Assembly: GCA_963755715.1 (NCBI GenBank) | Contig: CAVWLW010000059.1 | Span: forward strand, 64,001-128,000 | Direction: 5' to 3' | Source of the DNA: an uncultured delta proteobacterium | Lineage (GTDB): Bacteria; Desulfobacterota; Binatia; UBA9968 | Length of the DNA stretch: 64,000 bases | Part shown: positions 29,417 to 39,771 of the stretch, piece after piece | Position numbering within the stretch: position 1 is the stretch's first letter | Layout of the letters: every line of letters starts with the position of its first letter | Notes under the pieces: generated by a model | What the model was told of the DNA's origin: nothing | Database searches by the model: none | Seen by the model: the letters and a program-made list of their open reading frames with translations, nothing else | Translations under genes and position numbers: made by a program

Positions 29417-30415
29417 ATGAATACCTGTGCGATCGATATTCACCATCATTACGTGCCCAACAGTCTTTTGGAGGAAGCCAAAAAAAACGGTAAACACCTG
29501 GGCGTGGAGCTGGCCGAGAAAGACGGTCAAAAATCGCTTTCCTTCGCCGGCGGACCGCCCTTCGTGCTCCATCCCGAACTGCCCGCCATCGATGAGCGGC
29601 TCAAGATGATGGCTGACTCAAAGCTCGCCATGGCGGCGCTGGAAGCGCACACAGCGACACTCGGTTACCGGCTTACCGGCGAGCAGGGCGAAAACTGGTG
29701 CAACGTTTACAACGACGGCATCGCCGATTTGGTCAAGCGCTATCCGGACCGCTTTGTCGGCATGGCGTCCGTGCCGCTGCAAGACCCGGCGCGCGCGGCG
29801 AAAGTGTTGGAGCGCGCGGTGCGTGATTTGAACTTTCGCGGCGGCTACATCGGCACCAACGTCAACGGCAACTATTATGGCACCACCGATTTCGATCCCT
29901 TCTGGGCCAAGGCTCAGGAGCTCGACGTGATGGTGGTGATGCATCCCGAAGACGTCGCCGGCGCCGACAAGATGAACCCGTACGGACTCAAATTAATCTG
30001 CGGCAATCCCGCCGACAGCGCGCTCTGCTTCGGCTTCATGACCTACAGCGGCGTGTTCGATCGCTTTCCCAACCTGAAGCTGTGCATTCTTCACGGCGGC
30101 GGATTCTTCCCGTATCATCTCGGCCGCTTCGACCGCGGCTGGGAAGTCCGCGCCGGCGCGCGCGCGGCCAAGGCGAAAATGGCGCCGAGCGCGTATCTCA
30201 AAAACATTTACTACGACGACATGATTTATCGCCTCGACACGATCAAGTACCTGATCGGTCTCGGCGGCATCGACCACATCATGGTCGGCACCGATTACCC
30301 CTATGATCTGGGCGACTGGGAGGCGGCGAAAAAAGTCGAGCAACTGGATATTTCCGATGCCGACAAGCTTTTGCTGCTCGAAGGCAACGCCAAGCGCTTG
30401 CTGAGAATCAAGTAG
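29417..30415 (+). CDS. Amidohydrolase_2 family protein (ACMSD/LigW-like)
   Basis: IDIHHH, VMHP, HGGGFFPY, GTDYPY, NAKRLL. Confidence 0.88.
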   Translation: MNTCAIDIHHHYVPNSLLEEAKKNGKHLGVELAEKDGQKSLSFAGGPPFVLHPELPAIDERLKMMADSKLAMAALEAHTATLGYRLTGEQGENWCNVYNDGIADLVKRYPDRFVGMASVPLQDPARAAKVLERAVRDLNFRGGYIGTNVNGNYYGTTDFDPFWAKAQELDVMVVMHPEDVAGADKMNPYGLKLICGNPADSALCFGFMTYSGVFDRFPNLKLCILHGGGFFPYHLGRFDRGWEVRAGARAAKAKMAPSAYLKNIYYDDMIYRLDTIKYLIGLGGIDHIMVGTDYPYDLGDWEAAKKVEQLDISDADKLLLLEGNAKRLLRIK

Positions 30416-30439
30416 AAAGTTCTTTGCGCGAAAGATCGT

Positions 30440-30479
30440 AAAGGACAGGCGTGAGTCCCGCGCTTGTCCTTTTTATTTT
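30440..30479. terminator. Intrinsic, probably bidirectional terminator between convergent genes
   Basis: AAAGGACAGGCG / CGCTTGTCCTTT stem followed by T-tract. Confidence 0.7.
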
Positions 30480-31351
30480 GCCGGAGGTGCTTTCCAATCG
30501 CCGATCCGGGTCGCGTGCAATTTACTGTCCGTTCCCGCCGTCCTCGCGATGCCGTCGATCACTTGACCGTCAACTCGGCCGGTGAATTGGGTGTTCCTAC
30601 TATTGAAAAAGATTTCTGCGCCGCGGAGTTTCCCTGCAACCGGTGCCGACTCGCTGACGCTCTTTAGCGTCCCGGTAAATGTCTGATAAGTTTGTCGGAG
30701 CTTGAGCTCACCTTCGGCGAGCTTCCAAACGCCTTCGACTCTCGCCGGCACGAGCCACAACCGGCCCGTGCACCAGCGCTCGCAGTTATCCGGGGCCGTG
30801 AAAGTTTGATCGGCGTTCCAGTCGCCGATCGCAAAGGTATTGGCGACGATGCGTGCGCCCGGCTTAAGAGCAAGAAGCTTCGGCCGCAGACGAATGTTCA
30901 TCTCCGGCGTAAGAAACAGGACGATCACCGTCGCTTTCGAGAAGTCGCTCGCGAAAATGTCCGCCTTTTCGAAAGTCGCTTTGTCAGCGACGCCGGCTTT
31001 TGCCGCGGCGCGCTTGGAAAATTCGACTAGCTCGGCATCGTATTCGATACCGTGGGCGCGCGCGCCGCGTTTCGCCGCGGCAATGACGTTGCGCCCGTCG
31101 CCGGAACCAAGATCGATCACGTAATCGTCCCGTGTCACCCGCGCCATATCGAGCAGCTTTTCGACCATCACCGTGGGGCTGGGCACCCATACAATATCTT
31201 TGCCGGGTTGGCCTGACTTCGGCGTGTACTCGTTATGCGGCGTCTGCGCGCGGAGCGGCGCAAAGTTGACGACTGTAAACAGTACCGCGATGGCGAACGC
31301 TTGGCGTAACAAATGATTCAGTGGCGATCTACGCAAAATTTGGCGGCTCAC
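30473..31351 (-). CDS. Signal-peptide-bearing class I SAM-dependent methyltransferase, copy 1
   Basis: VWVPSP, VIDLGSGDGR, GIEYD, ARIVAN; start uncertain (GTG 31351 chosen; ORF extends to 31507). Confidence 0.82.
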   Translation of the reverse strand: MSRQILRRSPLNHLLRQAFAIAVLFTVVNFAPLRAQTPHNEYTPKSGQPGKDIVWVPSPTVMVEKLLDMARVTRDDYVIDLGSGDGRNVIAAAKRGARAHGIEYDAELVEFSKRAAAKAGVADKATFEKADIFASDFSKATVIVLFLTPEMNIRLRPKLLALKPGARIVANTFAIGDWNADQTFTAPDNCERWCTGRLWLVPARVEGVWKLAEGELKLRQTYQTFTGTLKSVSESAPVAGKLRGAEIFFNSRNTQFTGRVDGQVIDGIARTAGTDSKLHATRIGDWKAPPAK

Positions 31352-31391
31352 ACGAGCACTGGATTCCAATTTGCAGTGAAGCGGCTTGCAC

Positions 31392-32216
31392 TCATGGGCG
31401 GGCACGCGTGGCCTTCCAGTTGGCGCCACTCTTAGAAACTCCCGTGATCGTATCGCCGCTGATCCGGCCCGTGTAATCGCTTTCGCCCGCGTTGAAACTG
31501 ATCTCATCGCCGTTGAGCTTACCGTTCTTGATCACGCTCACGTTGCTGCCGGTTTTTACGGTTCCGGTGACTTGTTGGAATGTTTGCGTCAACGTGAGCT
31601 CGCCATCGGCGAGCCGCCAATGCCCTGCCACTTTCGCCGGCACGATCCACAGGAGCGCCGTGCACCAAGTGGTGCAATCCTCGGTGATCGTGAAAGTCTC
31701 GTCCGGGTTCCAGTCGCCCATCGTAAAACTGTTCGAGACAATGCGGGTCCCCGGCTTGAGATCGAGAATCTTTGGGCGCAGCTTCAGATTGATGCCCGGC
31801 AAGAGAAACATCGTGATCACCGAGGCTTGGGAAAAATCGCTCTCGTACAAATCAGCTTTGGCGAAGGTCGCCTTATCGCCGACCCCCTCTTGGGCGGCAT
31901 TGCGCTTCGAGAGCTCGACCATGTCCGGATTGTACTCGATGCCATGGGCACGCACGCCGCGTTTGGCGGCGGTGATGACCGTGCGCCCGTCACCCGAGCC
32001 CAGGTCGATCACGTAATCGCTCGGCGTCACTTTCGCCATGTCGAGCATTTTGTCGACCAGCGCTTGAGGCGTGGGCACCCAGACGACGTCCTTGCCCGCT
32101 TGGCCGACGCGTGGCTCGTAATCCGGCTTCGCCGGCTGGGCGCGCGCCGGAGACGCGAAGATTAGGGCGAGAAGCAAAGTCGACCAAAATGGTTGAATGA
32201 TGCGGACAAATTTCAT
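31392..32216 (-). CDS. Signal-peptide-bearing class I SAM-dependent methyltransferase, copy 2
   Basis: LLLALIFASPARA-Q signal; VWVPTP, DLGSGDGR, RIVSNSF. Confidence 0.88.
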   Translation of the reverse strand: MKFVRIIQPFWSTLLLALIFASPARAQPAKPDYEPRVGQAGKDVVWVPTPQALVDKMLDMAKVTPSDYVIDLGSGDGRTVITAAKRGVRAHGIEYNPDMVELSKRNAAQEGVGDKATFAKADLYESDFSQASVITMFLLPGINLKLRPKILDLKPGTRIVSNSFTMGDWNPDETFTITEDCTTWCTALLWIVPAKVAGHWRLADGELTLTQTFQQVTGTVKTGSNVSVIKNGKLNGDEISFNAGESDYTGRISGDTITGVSKSGANWKATRARP

Positions 32217-32280
32217 CGTGTTGCCTCGTTAACTGTTCGCAATCCCCAATCGCGCCATCGCGAACGGTGCTGTTTTGAAA

Positions 32281-33108
32281 CTACTTGCCGGCCCGGCTCG
32301 CTTTCCAATCGCCGCCGGAGCTGATCGTCCCTTCCATGCCATTGCTCGTTACGCGGCCCGTGTAGAGCGAGCCACCGGCGTTGAAAGTGATCTGATCGCC
32401 GTTGAGCTTGCCGTTGGCGATCTGCACGGTATTGCCGCCGCTTTTCAGCGTACCTGAAATCATCTGATAGGTTTGTTTGAGCGTGAGTTCCCCGTCGGCA
32501 AGCTGCCAGTTGCCTTCCACTTTCGCCGGCACGATCCAAAGATACGCCGTGCAGTAAGAAATACAGCCGTCCTTGGCAATCACGGTATCGTCCGAAGACC
32601 AATCGCCCATGGTAAAAGAATTCGAGACGATCCGGGTGCCCGGCTTGAGATTTAAGATTTTTGGCCGGAGCTTGAGATTGATATCGGGCAAGAGGAACAT
32701 CGTGATCACCGTCGCCTGGGAAAAATCGCTCTCGAACAGATCGGCTTTGGTAAAACTGGCTTTGTCGGTCACGCCTTCCTTGGCGGCATTGCGTTTCGAC
32801 AGCTCCACCATATCGGGATTGTATTCGATGCCGAGCGCTTTCGTGCCCCGCTTTGCCGCCGTAATCACCGTGCGGCCATCGCCGGAGCCAAGATCGATCA
32901 GGTAATCTTTCGCCGTCACCTTGCCCATATCGAGCATCTTGTCGACCAGAGACTGCGGCGTCGGCACCCAGATCACATCCTTCCCTTCCTGCCCGACCTG
33001 CGGTTGATACTCGCTCTTGCCCGACTGAGCCTGGGCGCAAGCGCTGGTGAACAAAATGGAAAGGGCGATCGCCACGAACCATTTACGCATAAACGAGATT
33101 GCCATCAT
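32281..33108 (-). CDS. Signal-peptide-bearing class I SAM-dependent methyltransferase, copy 3
   Basis: RKWFVAIALSILFTSACAQA-Q signal; AGGAGG RBS; DLGSGDGR. Confidence 0.88.
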   Translation of the reverse strand: MMAISFMRKWFVAIALSILFTSACAQAQSGKSEYQPQVGQEGKDVIWVPTPQSLVDKMLDMGKVTAKDYLIDLGSGDGRTVITAAKRGTKALGIEYNPDMVELSKRNAAKEGVTDKASFTKADLFESDFSQATVITMFLLPDINLKLRPKILNLKPGTRIVSNSFTMGDWSSDDTVIAKDGCISYCTAYLWIVPAKVEGNWQLADGELTLKQTYQMISGTLKSGGNTVQIANGKLNGDQITFNAGGSLYTGRVTSNGMEGTISSGGDWKASRAGK

Positions 33109-33312
33109 CTAAGTCCTCCTACCTCTGCAGATGAATAGCTGGAGAGTCGCACGCAGGAAAAAAAATGTCCAGGCTGGCGTCGAATTGTTTAGCCAACCGG
33201 CCGCACGGTTGCCCGCGGCGCTGCTTCGGTGATACACAAAGACAACAAACTGCATCGGCAACTCAGGCCTGTTTTTCAGTTCCAAATTGCAAATATTTCT
33301 GGAGGCAATTCA

Positions 33313-34472
33313 ATGCGGCAACGATCCGATTACCCGACTTTTTCCGACGCGGAAATCCAGAGAAGGCACAAAACCGTTTACGGTCTGATGGAGCAGGAAG
33401 GCGTCGACGCGCTGCTTTTTTACGGCAGCGGCCGTTACGCTTCGGACATTTACTGGCTGAGCGACTGGCCGAGCAGCCGGGAAGCCTACTTGCTGATGCA
33501 AGCCGGCCGCGAGCCGGTGATCTTGATGCAGCTCTTCAATCACTATCCGATGGCGCGCGTCATGTCATGGATTAAAGACGTGCGCTGGGCAGGGGCGAAT
33601 ACGACCAACAGCGTCGTAGAGCTTAGTTACGCGAGCGCGGCTTGGAATCAAAAAAGATCGGCCTGGTCGGCTCGATTTCTTTCCAGGTCTACAATAAGCT
33701 TCGGGAAACATATCCGTCGGCGTCGTTTGTCGATCTCAGCGGCAAGCTGCGCATGATGCGCACGGTAAAAAGCGCGGAGGAAATTGAGCGCATCCGCCAT
33801 CGCCTCAAAGCTCACTGACCAATCGATCCAGGCGCTGGCGGAAGAGTCTTGAGGCCGGGACTGCGCGAAGATGAAATCCCCGCGATCATCGAACCGGTCT
33901 ATCTAAAGGCCGGCGGCTACGCCGGCATACATTTTATGAGCAGCATGCCGATGCGCGAACCGGATTTTCCCGTGCCGTCGCAATTTCATTCCAAGCGAAA
34001 GCTCCAGAAAGGCGACGCTCTGATTACTGAAATCAGCGGCGCTTACTCAGGCTACAGCGGCCAGATCCATCGGACTTTCTCGATCGGTGAAGGGCCGACA
34101 GCGGAGTGGCAAAAGATGCACGCCGCGGCGCTGGAAGCGTTCGAGGTTTTATCCAAGGTGATCAAAGAGGGCGCCACGACAACCGAAGCCGAAGAGGCGG
34201 CGGAAATTATCCACGAGCGCGGCTATAGCACGTACGATGATTTGGTTCACGGCGTCAATCAGTATCCGCCGATCTTTCAGACCAAAACGCGCAAGCGGCA
34301 TGATTCCAAAGAAATGGTTTTTCACGAAAACATGGTGATCGTCATCCAACCCAATCTCATGACCCACGACGAAAAAATGGGCCTGCAGTTCGGCGAGACA
34401 CTGGTGGTGAAGAAAAATGGCTGCGAGTCGCTGAACGCCTATCCGCGCCAATGGGTGATCTGCAGCGTGTAG
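33313..34472 (+). CDS. M24 family (Xaa-Pro peptidase/creatinase-like) protein, frameshifted
   Basis: N-terminal FSDAEIQRRH..VDALL; RTVKSAEEIE; EISGAYSGYSGQIHRT pita-bread fold with atypical metal ligands; indels 33620-33850. Confidence 0.75.
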
Positions 34473-34511
34473 GGGCGTGATTCATCGCGCCCTCCGACTA
34501 GCCGCCTGCGA

Positions 34512-35517
34512 CTACTTCTCGATTTCCCGAATGATCGCGTCAGCGAATTTTTTCGTCGTCGCGGTGCCGCCGAGATCGGGGGTCAGGACCTCGCCGCGCA
34601 TGAGCACTCGCTCCAGGGCCAACGAAATCCGATTCGCCGCGGCTTTTTCGGAGAGATGGCGCAGCATCATGATCGCCGCCTGAATCATCGCCGAGGGATT
34701 GGCGATATTTTTGCCCTTGATATCCGGCGCGCTGCCATGCACCGCCTCAAAAAGCGCGTGATCATCGCCGAGATTGGCACCGGGAACGACGCCCAATCCG
34801 CCCACCAGGCCGGCGGCCAAATCCGACAGAATGTCGCCATAAAGATTTTCCATCAGCAGAACGTCGAACTGCCACGGATTGATGACTAACTGCAAACAGG
34901 CATTGTCGACGATCACGTCGCTGAAACCGATCGTCTTATAGCTGGCCGCGACCTTCCGCGCGCAGTCCAGGAAAAGCCCGTCGCTCATTTTCATGATGTT
35001 GGCCTTGTGCACCGCGGCGACTTTTTTCCGGCCGTTGCGCCGGGCGAAATCGAAAGCAAACTTGGAGATCTTCGTACAGGCCTTCTCGGTCATGATCTTC
35101 AAGCTCTCCACCACGCCGGGAATCACTTCGTGCTCGATGCCGGAGTAAAGCCCCTCCGTGTTTTCCCGAACGACGATCAGATCGATGCCCTGATAGCGCG
35201 CCTTCACGCCGGGAAGGTTCTTGATCGGACGCAGATTGGCGTAGAGATTGAACGTTTGGCGCAGCGCCACGTTGACGCTCGTGAAACCTTCGCCCACCGG
35301 CGTCGTCACCGGGCCTTTGAGCGCCACCCGGTTTTTTTCAAACGAGTCCATCAACGATTTGGGAATCGTCGAGCCGTGTTTTTTTAGCGCTTCGGCTCCC
35401 GCCAGAGTGAGTTTCCCAATCGATCTTCACTCCCGCCGCTTTGATGATTGCCAATGTCGGCTTGGTGACTTCGGGACCGATGCCGTCGCCGGGAATCAAC
35501 GTGATCTTGTGCTTCAT
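34512..35517 (-). CDS. Isocitrate/isopropylmalate dehydrogenase family (NAD-IDH-like), frameshift near 35400
   Basis: ITLIPGDGIGPEV, LKGPVTTP, RENTEG, VHKANIMK, NLYGDILSD, EAVHGSAPDI. Confidence 0.9.
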
Positions 35518-35707
35518 CGATTTTTTTTCCTCTTTCAGAGCTGTGCCACGCATATTTTTTATACACCATCGATAGGCAAATAGCAGCTTGGCGCGCATCT
35601 GGCGCGCTCACATTGACTTGAGCGACGAGTTACGGTTAGCTGCTAGTAGCTACCGAGCGCGAACGACGCCCACCGCAACTCATTGTCCGCTCCGCGAAAA
35701 TCTTTGC

Positions 35708-36223
35708 ATGGCTAGCATCCACCTTCGCTTTACTAAGAGTTTTCTTTGGAACTGGATTCCCGTCATCCTTTGGGCCTCGCTCATCTTCGTCTTTTCCACC
35801 GATACTTTTTCCTCTACCAATACCGCGGGCATCTTTGAACCGATCTTCAGCCAAATTTTTCCACAGCTGCCGGCGGGCGATATCGAGCGAATTCATGCAC
35901 TGATCCGAAAAGTCGGCCACTTTAGTGAATACTTCGTCTTGGCATTCTTGCTCATGCGCGCCTTGCGCAATGCGATGGGCGAGGAATTGTTTGGGCGACG
36001 GCTTTTTCTGAGCATACTTATTGCGACGCTCTACGCGGTCAGTGACGAGGCCCACCAATCCTTCGTTCCGAGCCGGAGCGCCAGCGCTGTCGACGTATCG
36101 ATCGACTCGATTGGCGCTATTTGTGGCACTTTATTGTCTTATCGGCGCAACCGACGCAGGCGCATGGGCCCGGAAGCGCGCTACGGCGCGACGCTGAAAG
36201 GCCGAACCTTAAAAAAAACTTGA
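35708..36223 (+). CDS. VanZ-family membrane protein
   Basis: IRKVGHFSEY, YAVSDEAHQSFVPSRSAS..DV..D. Confidence 0.85.
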   Translation: MASIHLRFTKSFLWNWIPVILWASLIFVFSTDTFSSTNTAGIFEPIFSQIFPQLPAGDIERIHALIRKVGHFSEYFVLAFLLMRALRNAMGEELFGRRLFLSILIATLYAVSDEAHQSFVPSRSASAVDVSIDSIGAICGTLLSYRRNRRRRMGPEARYGATLKGRTLKKT

Positions 36224-36248
36224 CAAGCCGAGGGCAAATCGCGAGGAT
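36220..36248 (+). promoter_or_regulatory. Possible sigma70 promoter for pal
   Basis: TTGACA-17 nt-GAGGAT with an A-tract upstream. Confidence 0.4.
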
Positions 36249-36289
36249 ATTGGGAATAAAATACGGACGTTAGCCAAGGATACAATAAA

Positions 36290-36850
36290 TTGCCCTTTAA
36301 ATCGCATTTCGCCCTGGAATTTTGTCGCGCCGCCCTTCTTATTTTACTTATTTCGGTGTTCACCGGCTGTTCGACCCCGGACGCCCAACCCAAGCTTTTC
36401 TCATCGCCGGAGTCTCTGACGAATTTAGCCAACGCTCCGGCGCGCTCGCCGTCCGCGATGGAAGCGATCAGCCGCGGCGTCGCCGCGGTGACGCCGCCGG
36501 GCGCGGCTCTCAAAGATGTCTATTATCAGTTCGACAGCGTGGAACTGGATCCCGAAGCGCAAGTCATCTTAAAAAAGAACGCGGAGTGGTTGAAGACGAA
36601 TCCGAAAGCGCGAGTCGAGGTCGAAGGCCATTGCGATGACGTCGGCTCGGCCGAATACAATCTTGCGCTCGGCGCCAAACGCGCTCAAGTCGCGAAGGAT
36701 TTCCTCATAAACCAAGGCGTCGCCACCGAGCGCCTTGTGACGATCAGCTACGGCAAGGAAGCTCCCGCCTGTTTTGAGCCCAACGAAGAATGCCGCGTGA
36801 AAAACCGCCGCGCGCGTTTTGTGATGTTCACCGAAGTGCCGACCTCGTAG
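36290..36850 (+). CDS. pal: Peptidoglycan-associated lipoprotein (OmpA-like C-terminal domain)
   Basis: Lipobox FTGC; EGHCDDVGSAEYNLALGAKRA, ISYGKEAP, NRRA. Confidence 0.85.
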   Translation: MPFKSHFALEFCRAALLILLISVFTGCSTPDAQPKLFSSPESLTNLANAPARSPSAMEAISRGVAAVTPPGAALKDVYYQFDSVELDPEAQVILKKNAEWLKTNPKARVEVEGHCDDVGSAEYNLALGAKRAQVAKDFLINQGVATERLVTISYGKEAPACFEPNEECRVKNRRARFVMFTEVPTS

Positions 36851-36880
36851 ACTAGCCCCTTGAACCAAGAGAAATTCGAT

Positions 36881-37180
36881 TTCACCACGAAGGACGCGAA
36901 GAGCACGAAGTTTGAGAATTGATGCATCAAAACCTTCGTGTACTTCGTATTACTATAGTTAAAAATTTGCGCGGCTTGCGCAAATAATCTGGAAGCTCGA
37001 AAGTACTCGGAGTAGGGATATTCCTCGCCAAGGCGCAAAGGCGCCAAGGTTATAGGGAAAGGACAAAAACTCTTATAAATGATTTTCACCCTCAATCTCC
37101 GAACTTTGCGCCCTTTGCGTCTTTGCGGGAGATACTCCGAGTTTCGGTTGCGGCTCTGCCGCGCTGGGATCTTCGTGGTC
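36881..37180. repeat. Nested palindromic (MITE-like) element between convergent genes
   Basis: Outer CACGAAG/CTTCGTG arms; inner ACTCGGAGTA 37005-37014 / TACTCCGAGT 37133-37142 enclosing CGCAAAG/CTTTGCG arrays. Confidence 0.75.
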
Positions 37181-37188
37181 AATTTCTC

Positions 37189-39771
37189 CTACTCATAGCC
37201 GATCGCCGTTACGATCGACGTTGACGCTGCCTGCTTCGCAGGGCCGTAGCCGGCCAATAGGCACAAAGCCACCGCAGCGAGCACCGAAAACAGCGCCACG
37301 CCGTAGGGATAATAAAACTGAAAGGTCCAGCCGGTAAGTTCTTTAGTGTTATAAACCACGTGGTGATACGCCATCACGCTGCCGGCGAATAACCCGAGCA
37401 GACCGCCGATCAGTCCCATCCAGCCCGCTTCCGTCACGACCATGCGCCGCACCTGCGCTTGCGTCGCGCCGATCGCGCGCAAGACGCCGATCTCCCGCGT
37501 GCGATCGAGAACCGATGCCAGCAGCGTATTAATCACGCTGAAAATTGCCACAACGATCGCGACGATTTCCACGGCGTAGTTGACGACGAAGGATTGTTCC
37601 ATGATGCGAACCACCGATTCTTTCAGCTCGCGGTGCGTGCTGATGAAGAGCTGATACGGTTCGCCGTATCGTTCTTTGATCGTTTGGATGATCACCTGCT
37701 GATCCGCGCCCGGTTCCAGCCACAGGTCAAAAGCGTCGAGCAAATCCTCCTGCCAATATTTTTTGTACAGCGCGCGATCGAGCAACACGCTGCCGGAGTC
37801 CGATGAATAGTCGATGTACACGCCGATGACTTTAAAAGCGATCAATCCCGACGGCGTGATCAACTCGACGGTGTCGTTCGCGCCTTTGCCGAACTTGCTC
37901 TGAAAGCTTTCGCTGATGATGACCCCCTTCCCTTCGCCCATTTCGCGCAAGGCTTCAGCGCTATCGCCGGCCACCATCGGCAGATTGCGCACGCTCGCGG
38001 AATCCCGCGCGGAAAAAGATTCAATGAGGATCGGCTTTCCCTGGTAGCTGGATCGGATCAAGCGATAGAGATCGATGATTTTGATTCCCGGGATTTTGCC
38101 AAACTCTGGCAGCAAATCTTCCCGAAGCGGAACGTTTCGCGGCCCGGCGGTCCGGGCACCCGAGCTGACGATTAAATCCGCCGTCACCATTTGATCGACC
38201 CAGGCAAGCAACGAGCCGCGCACGCTGTTGACGAATGCGGCGATAGTGAAAATTGCCGCGAGACTGATGACCATGGTGGCAATGGTGATGCCGGAGCGAA
38301 ACGGATTACGGCGCAAACTATCCGAAGCCAAACGCGCTTCAATCCCGTCGAACCCAGGCACGCGTGCTTTCGACTGCCAAAACCAACCCACGACGAAACT
38401 GATAATTGCCGGGCAAAAGGCAGCCAAGCCGAGGAGGAAGATCAGCATGCCGATGACGCCGACGCTGAATCGTTCGACCGAACCATCGACCGACGGCGCG
38501 ATCGCCAAAAGCATGGGAGATAGCGCCATGCAGCAAAGCCCAAGACGGTTGGCCCAGGAAGTTGGTTGCCTGCCGACCGGTCGCCACGCCGCTTGCCGCG
38601 CGTTTTCCAGGGGGCTTACGCGCATCGCCTCCCACGCCGGCTGCAGCGCCGCCAAAAGCGCCACCACAACGCCGCTGCCGAGGGCGAGCGCCAACTCGCG
38701 CAGCGTTAAGTTTCCCGCGACGAGATCGATCAGTGAAAACAAATTACCCACGGTTTCGCCGACGGCGACCAACGCAGCGCGAGAAAGAAGCCAGCCGAGA
38801 ACCGCACCGGCAATGGATCCTCCAAGCGCTAACAACAAGGCTTCGGTAAGAATAAGTCGCAGTAACTCGCTGCGCTTCATGCCGATGCAGCGCAGCACGC
38901 CGATTTCTTTTTTGCGCTGGATCACCGACACCGACACCGTGTTGTAGATCAGAAAAAAGCCGACGAAGAGCGCAATTAAACTGACAAAAAACAGTCCAAC
39001 ACGAAACGACGTCAGCAATAACTCGATCTGTTCGCCGCGTTTGCGCGGTCGCTCGATCTCGGCCGCGCCCTTCAGTCGCTCGCGCAGCCGTTGCTGCACG
39101 GCTTCGAGTTTTTCGCCTTCCTCGATCGTCAGATCGACGATATCAAGCTTGCCTTCTTTGCCAAAAGCTTTCTGCGCCACCGGCAAATCCATCAGCGCGA
39201 AGCTGCCGCCAAAAACTTTGGCCGTTCCCTGTTCCTTGAGCAACGCGCGCACCGTGAATTCACGCTTGCCCTGACTGGTCAGCAAGGTCACCTTGGCGCC
39301 CACAGGCAACTTTAGCCGGCGCGAGAAGGATTCCGTCAGTGCGATCGAATCCGGTTGAGCGATAAAATCCAGCGCCTGATCGAAGCCGAACTGGGCATCG
39401 ACGAATTGATGGTCTCGAATCGCGAAATCCGTGAGCAAATCGACGCCGTAGACATACAGCCGCTCACCCGGCACGCCCGCGACGGGCGAGAATCCTTCCA
39501 CCGCCGCCGAGGCATCGCGGACACCCGCCGTGTCGCGAATAAGCGGAAACAAAGACTCTGCGATACCGCTCTCACCGTTGGCGACCTGCAACACCGCTTT
39601 GCCGGCGATCTGATCGATGGTCGATTGAAACGAGGTGGTCAGCGAGCGATTCACCGCCGCGATCGCCACAATGACGGCAACGCCGAGGGCGATCCCAAAG
39701 AAAGTCAGCGCCGTGCGCAGCCGGTGGCGCTTCACATGGCGCCATGAGACCGTGGTCAGCAGTCGCAGCAT
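37189..39771 (-). CDS. ABC transporter permease, duplicated MacB/FtsX-like
   Basis: RTALTFFGIALGVA, QRKKEIGVLRCIG and DRTREIGVLRAIGAT FtsX motifs. Confidence 0.9.
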   Translation of the reverse strand: MLRLLTTVSWRHVKRHRLRTALTFFGIALGVAVIVAIAAVNRSLTTSFQSTIDQIAGKAVLQVANGESGIAESLFPLIRDTAGVRDASAAVEGFSPVAGVPGERLYVYGVDLLTDFAIRDHQFVDAQFGFDQALDFIAQPDSIALTESFSRRLKLPVGAKVTLLTSQGKREFTVRALLKEQGTAKVFGGSFALMDLPVAQKAFGKEGKLDIVDLTIEEGEKLEAVQQRLRERLKGAAEIERPRKRGEQIELLLTSFRVGLFFVSLIALFVGFFLIYNTVSVSVIQRKKEIGVLRCIGMKRSELLRLILTEALLLALGGSIAGAVLGWLLSRAALVAVGETVGNLFSLIDLVAGNLTLRELALALGSGVVVALLAALQPAWEAMRVSPLENARQAAWRPVGRQPTSWANRLGLCCMALSPMLLAIAPSVDGSVERFSVGVIGMLIFLLGLAAFCPAIISFVVGWFWQSKARVPGFDGIEARLASDSLRRNPFRSGITIATMVISLAAIFTIAAFVNSVRGSLLAWVDQMVTADLIVSSGARTAGPRNVPLREDLLPEFGKIPGIKIIDLYRLIRSSYQGKPILIESFSARDSASVRNLPMVAGDSAEALREMGEGKGVIISESFQSKFGKGANDTVELITPSGLIAFKVIGVYIDYSSDSGSVLLDRALYKKYWQEDLLDAFDLWLEPGADQQVIIQTIKERYGEPYQLFISTHRELKESVVRIMEQSFVVNYAVEIVAIVVAIFSVINTLLASVLDRTREIGVLRAIGATQAQVRRMVVTEAGWMGLIGGLLGLFAGSVMAYHHVVYNTKELTGWTFQFYYPYGVALFSVLAAVALCLLAGYGPAKQAASTSIVTAIGYE

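Noticed and set aside
35708-36223. Glycopeptide resistance locus
   Set aside because: Lone VanZ-like membrane protein with no vanHAX/RS genes; the family is widespread.
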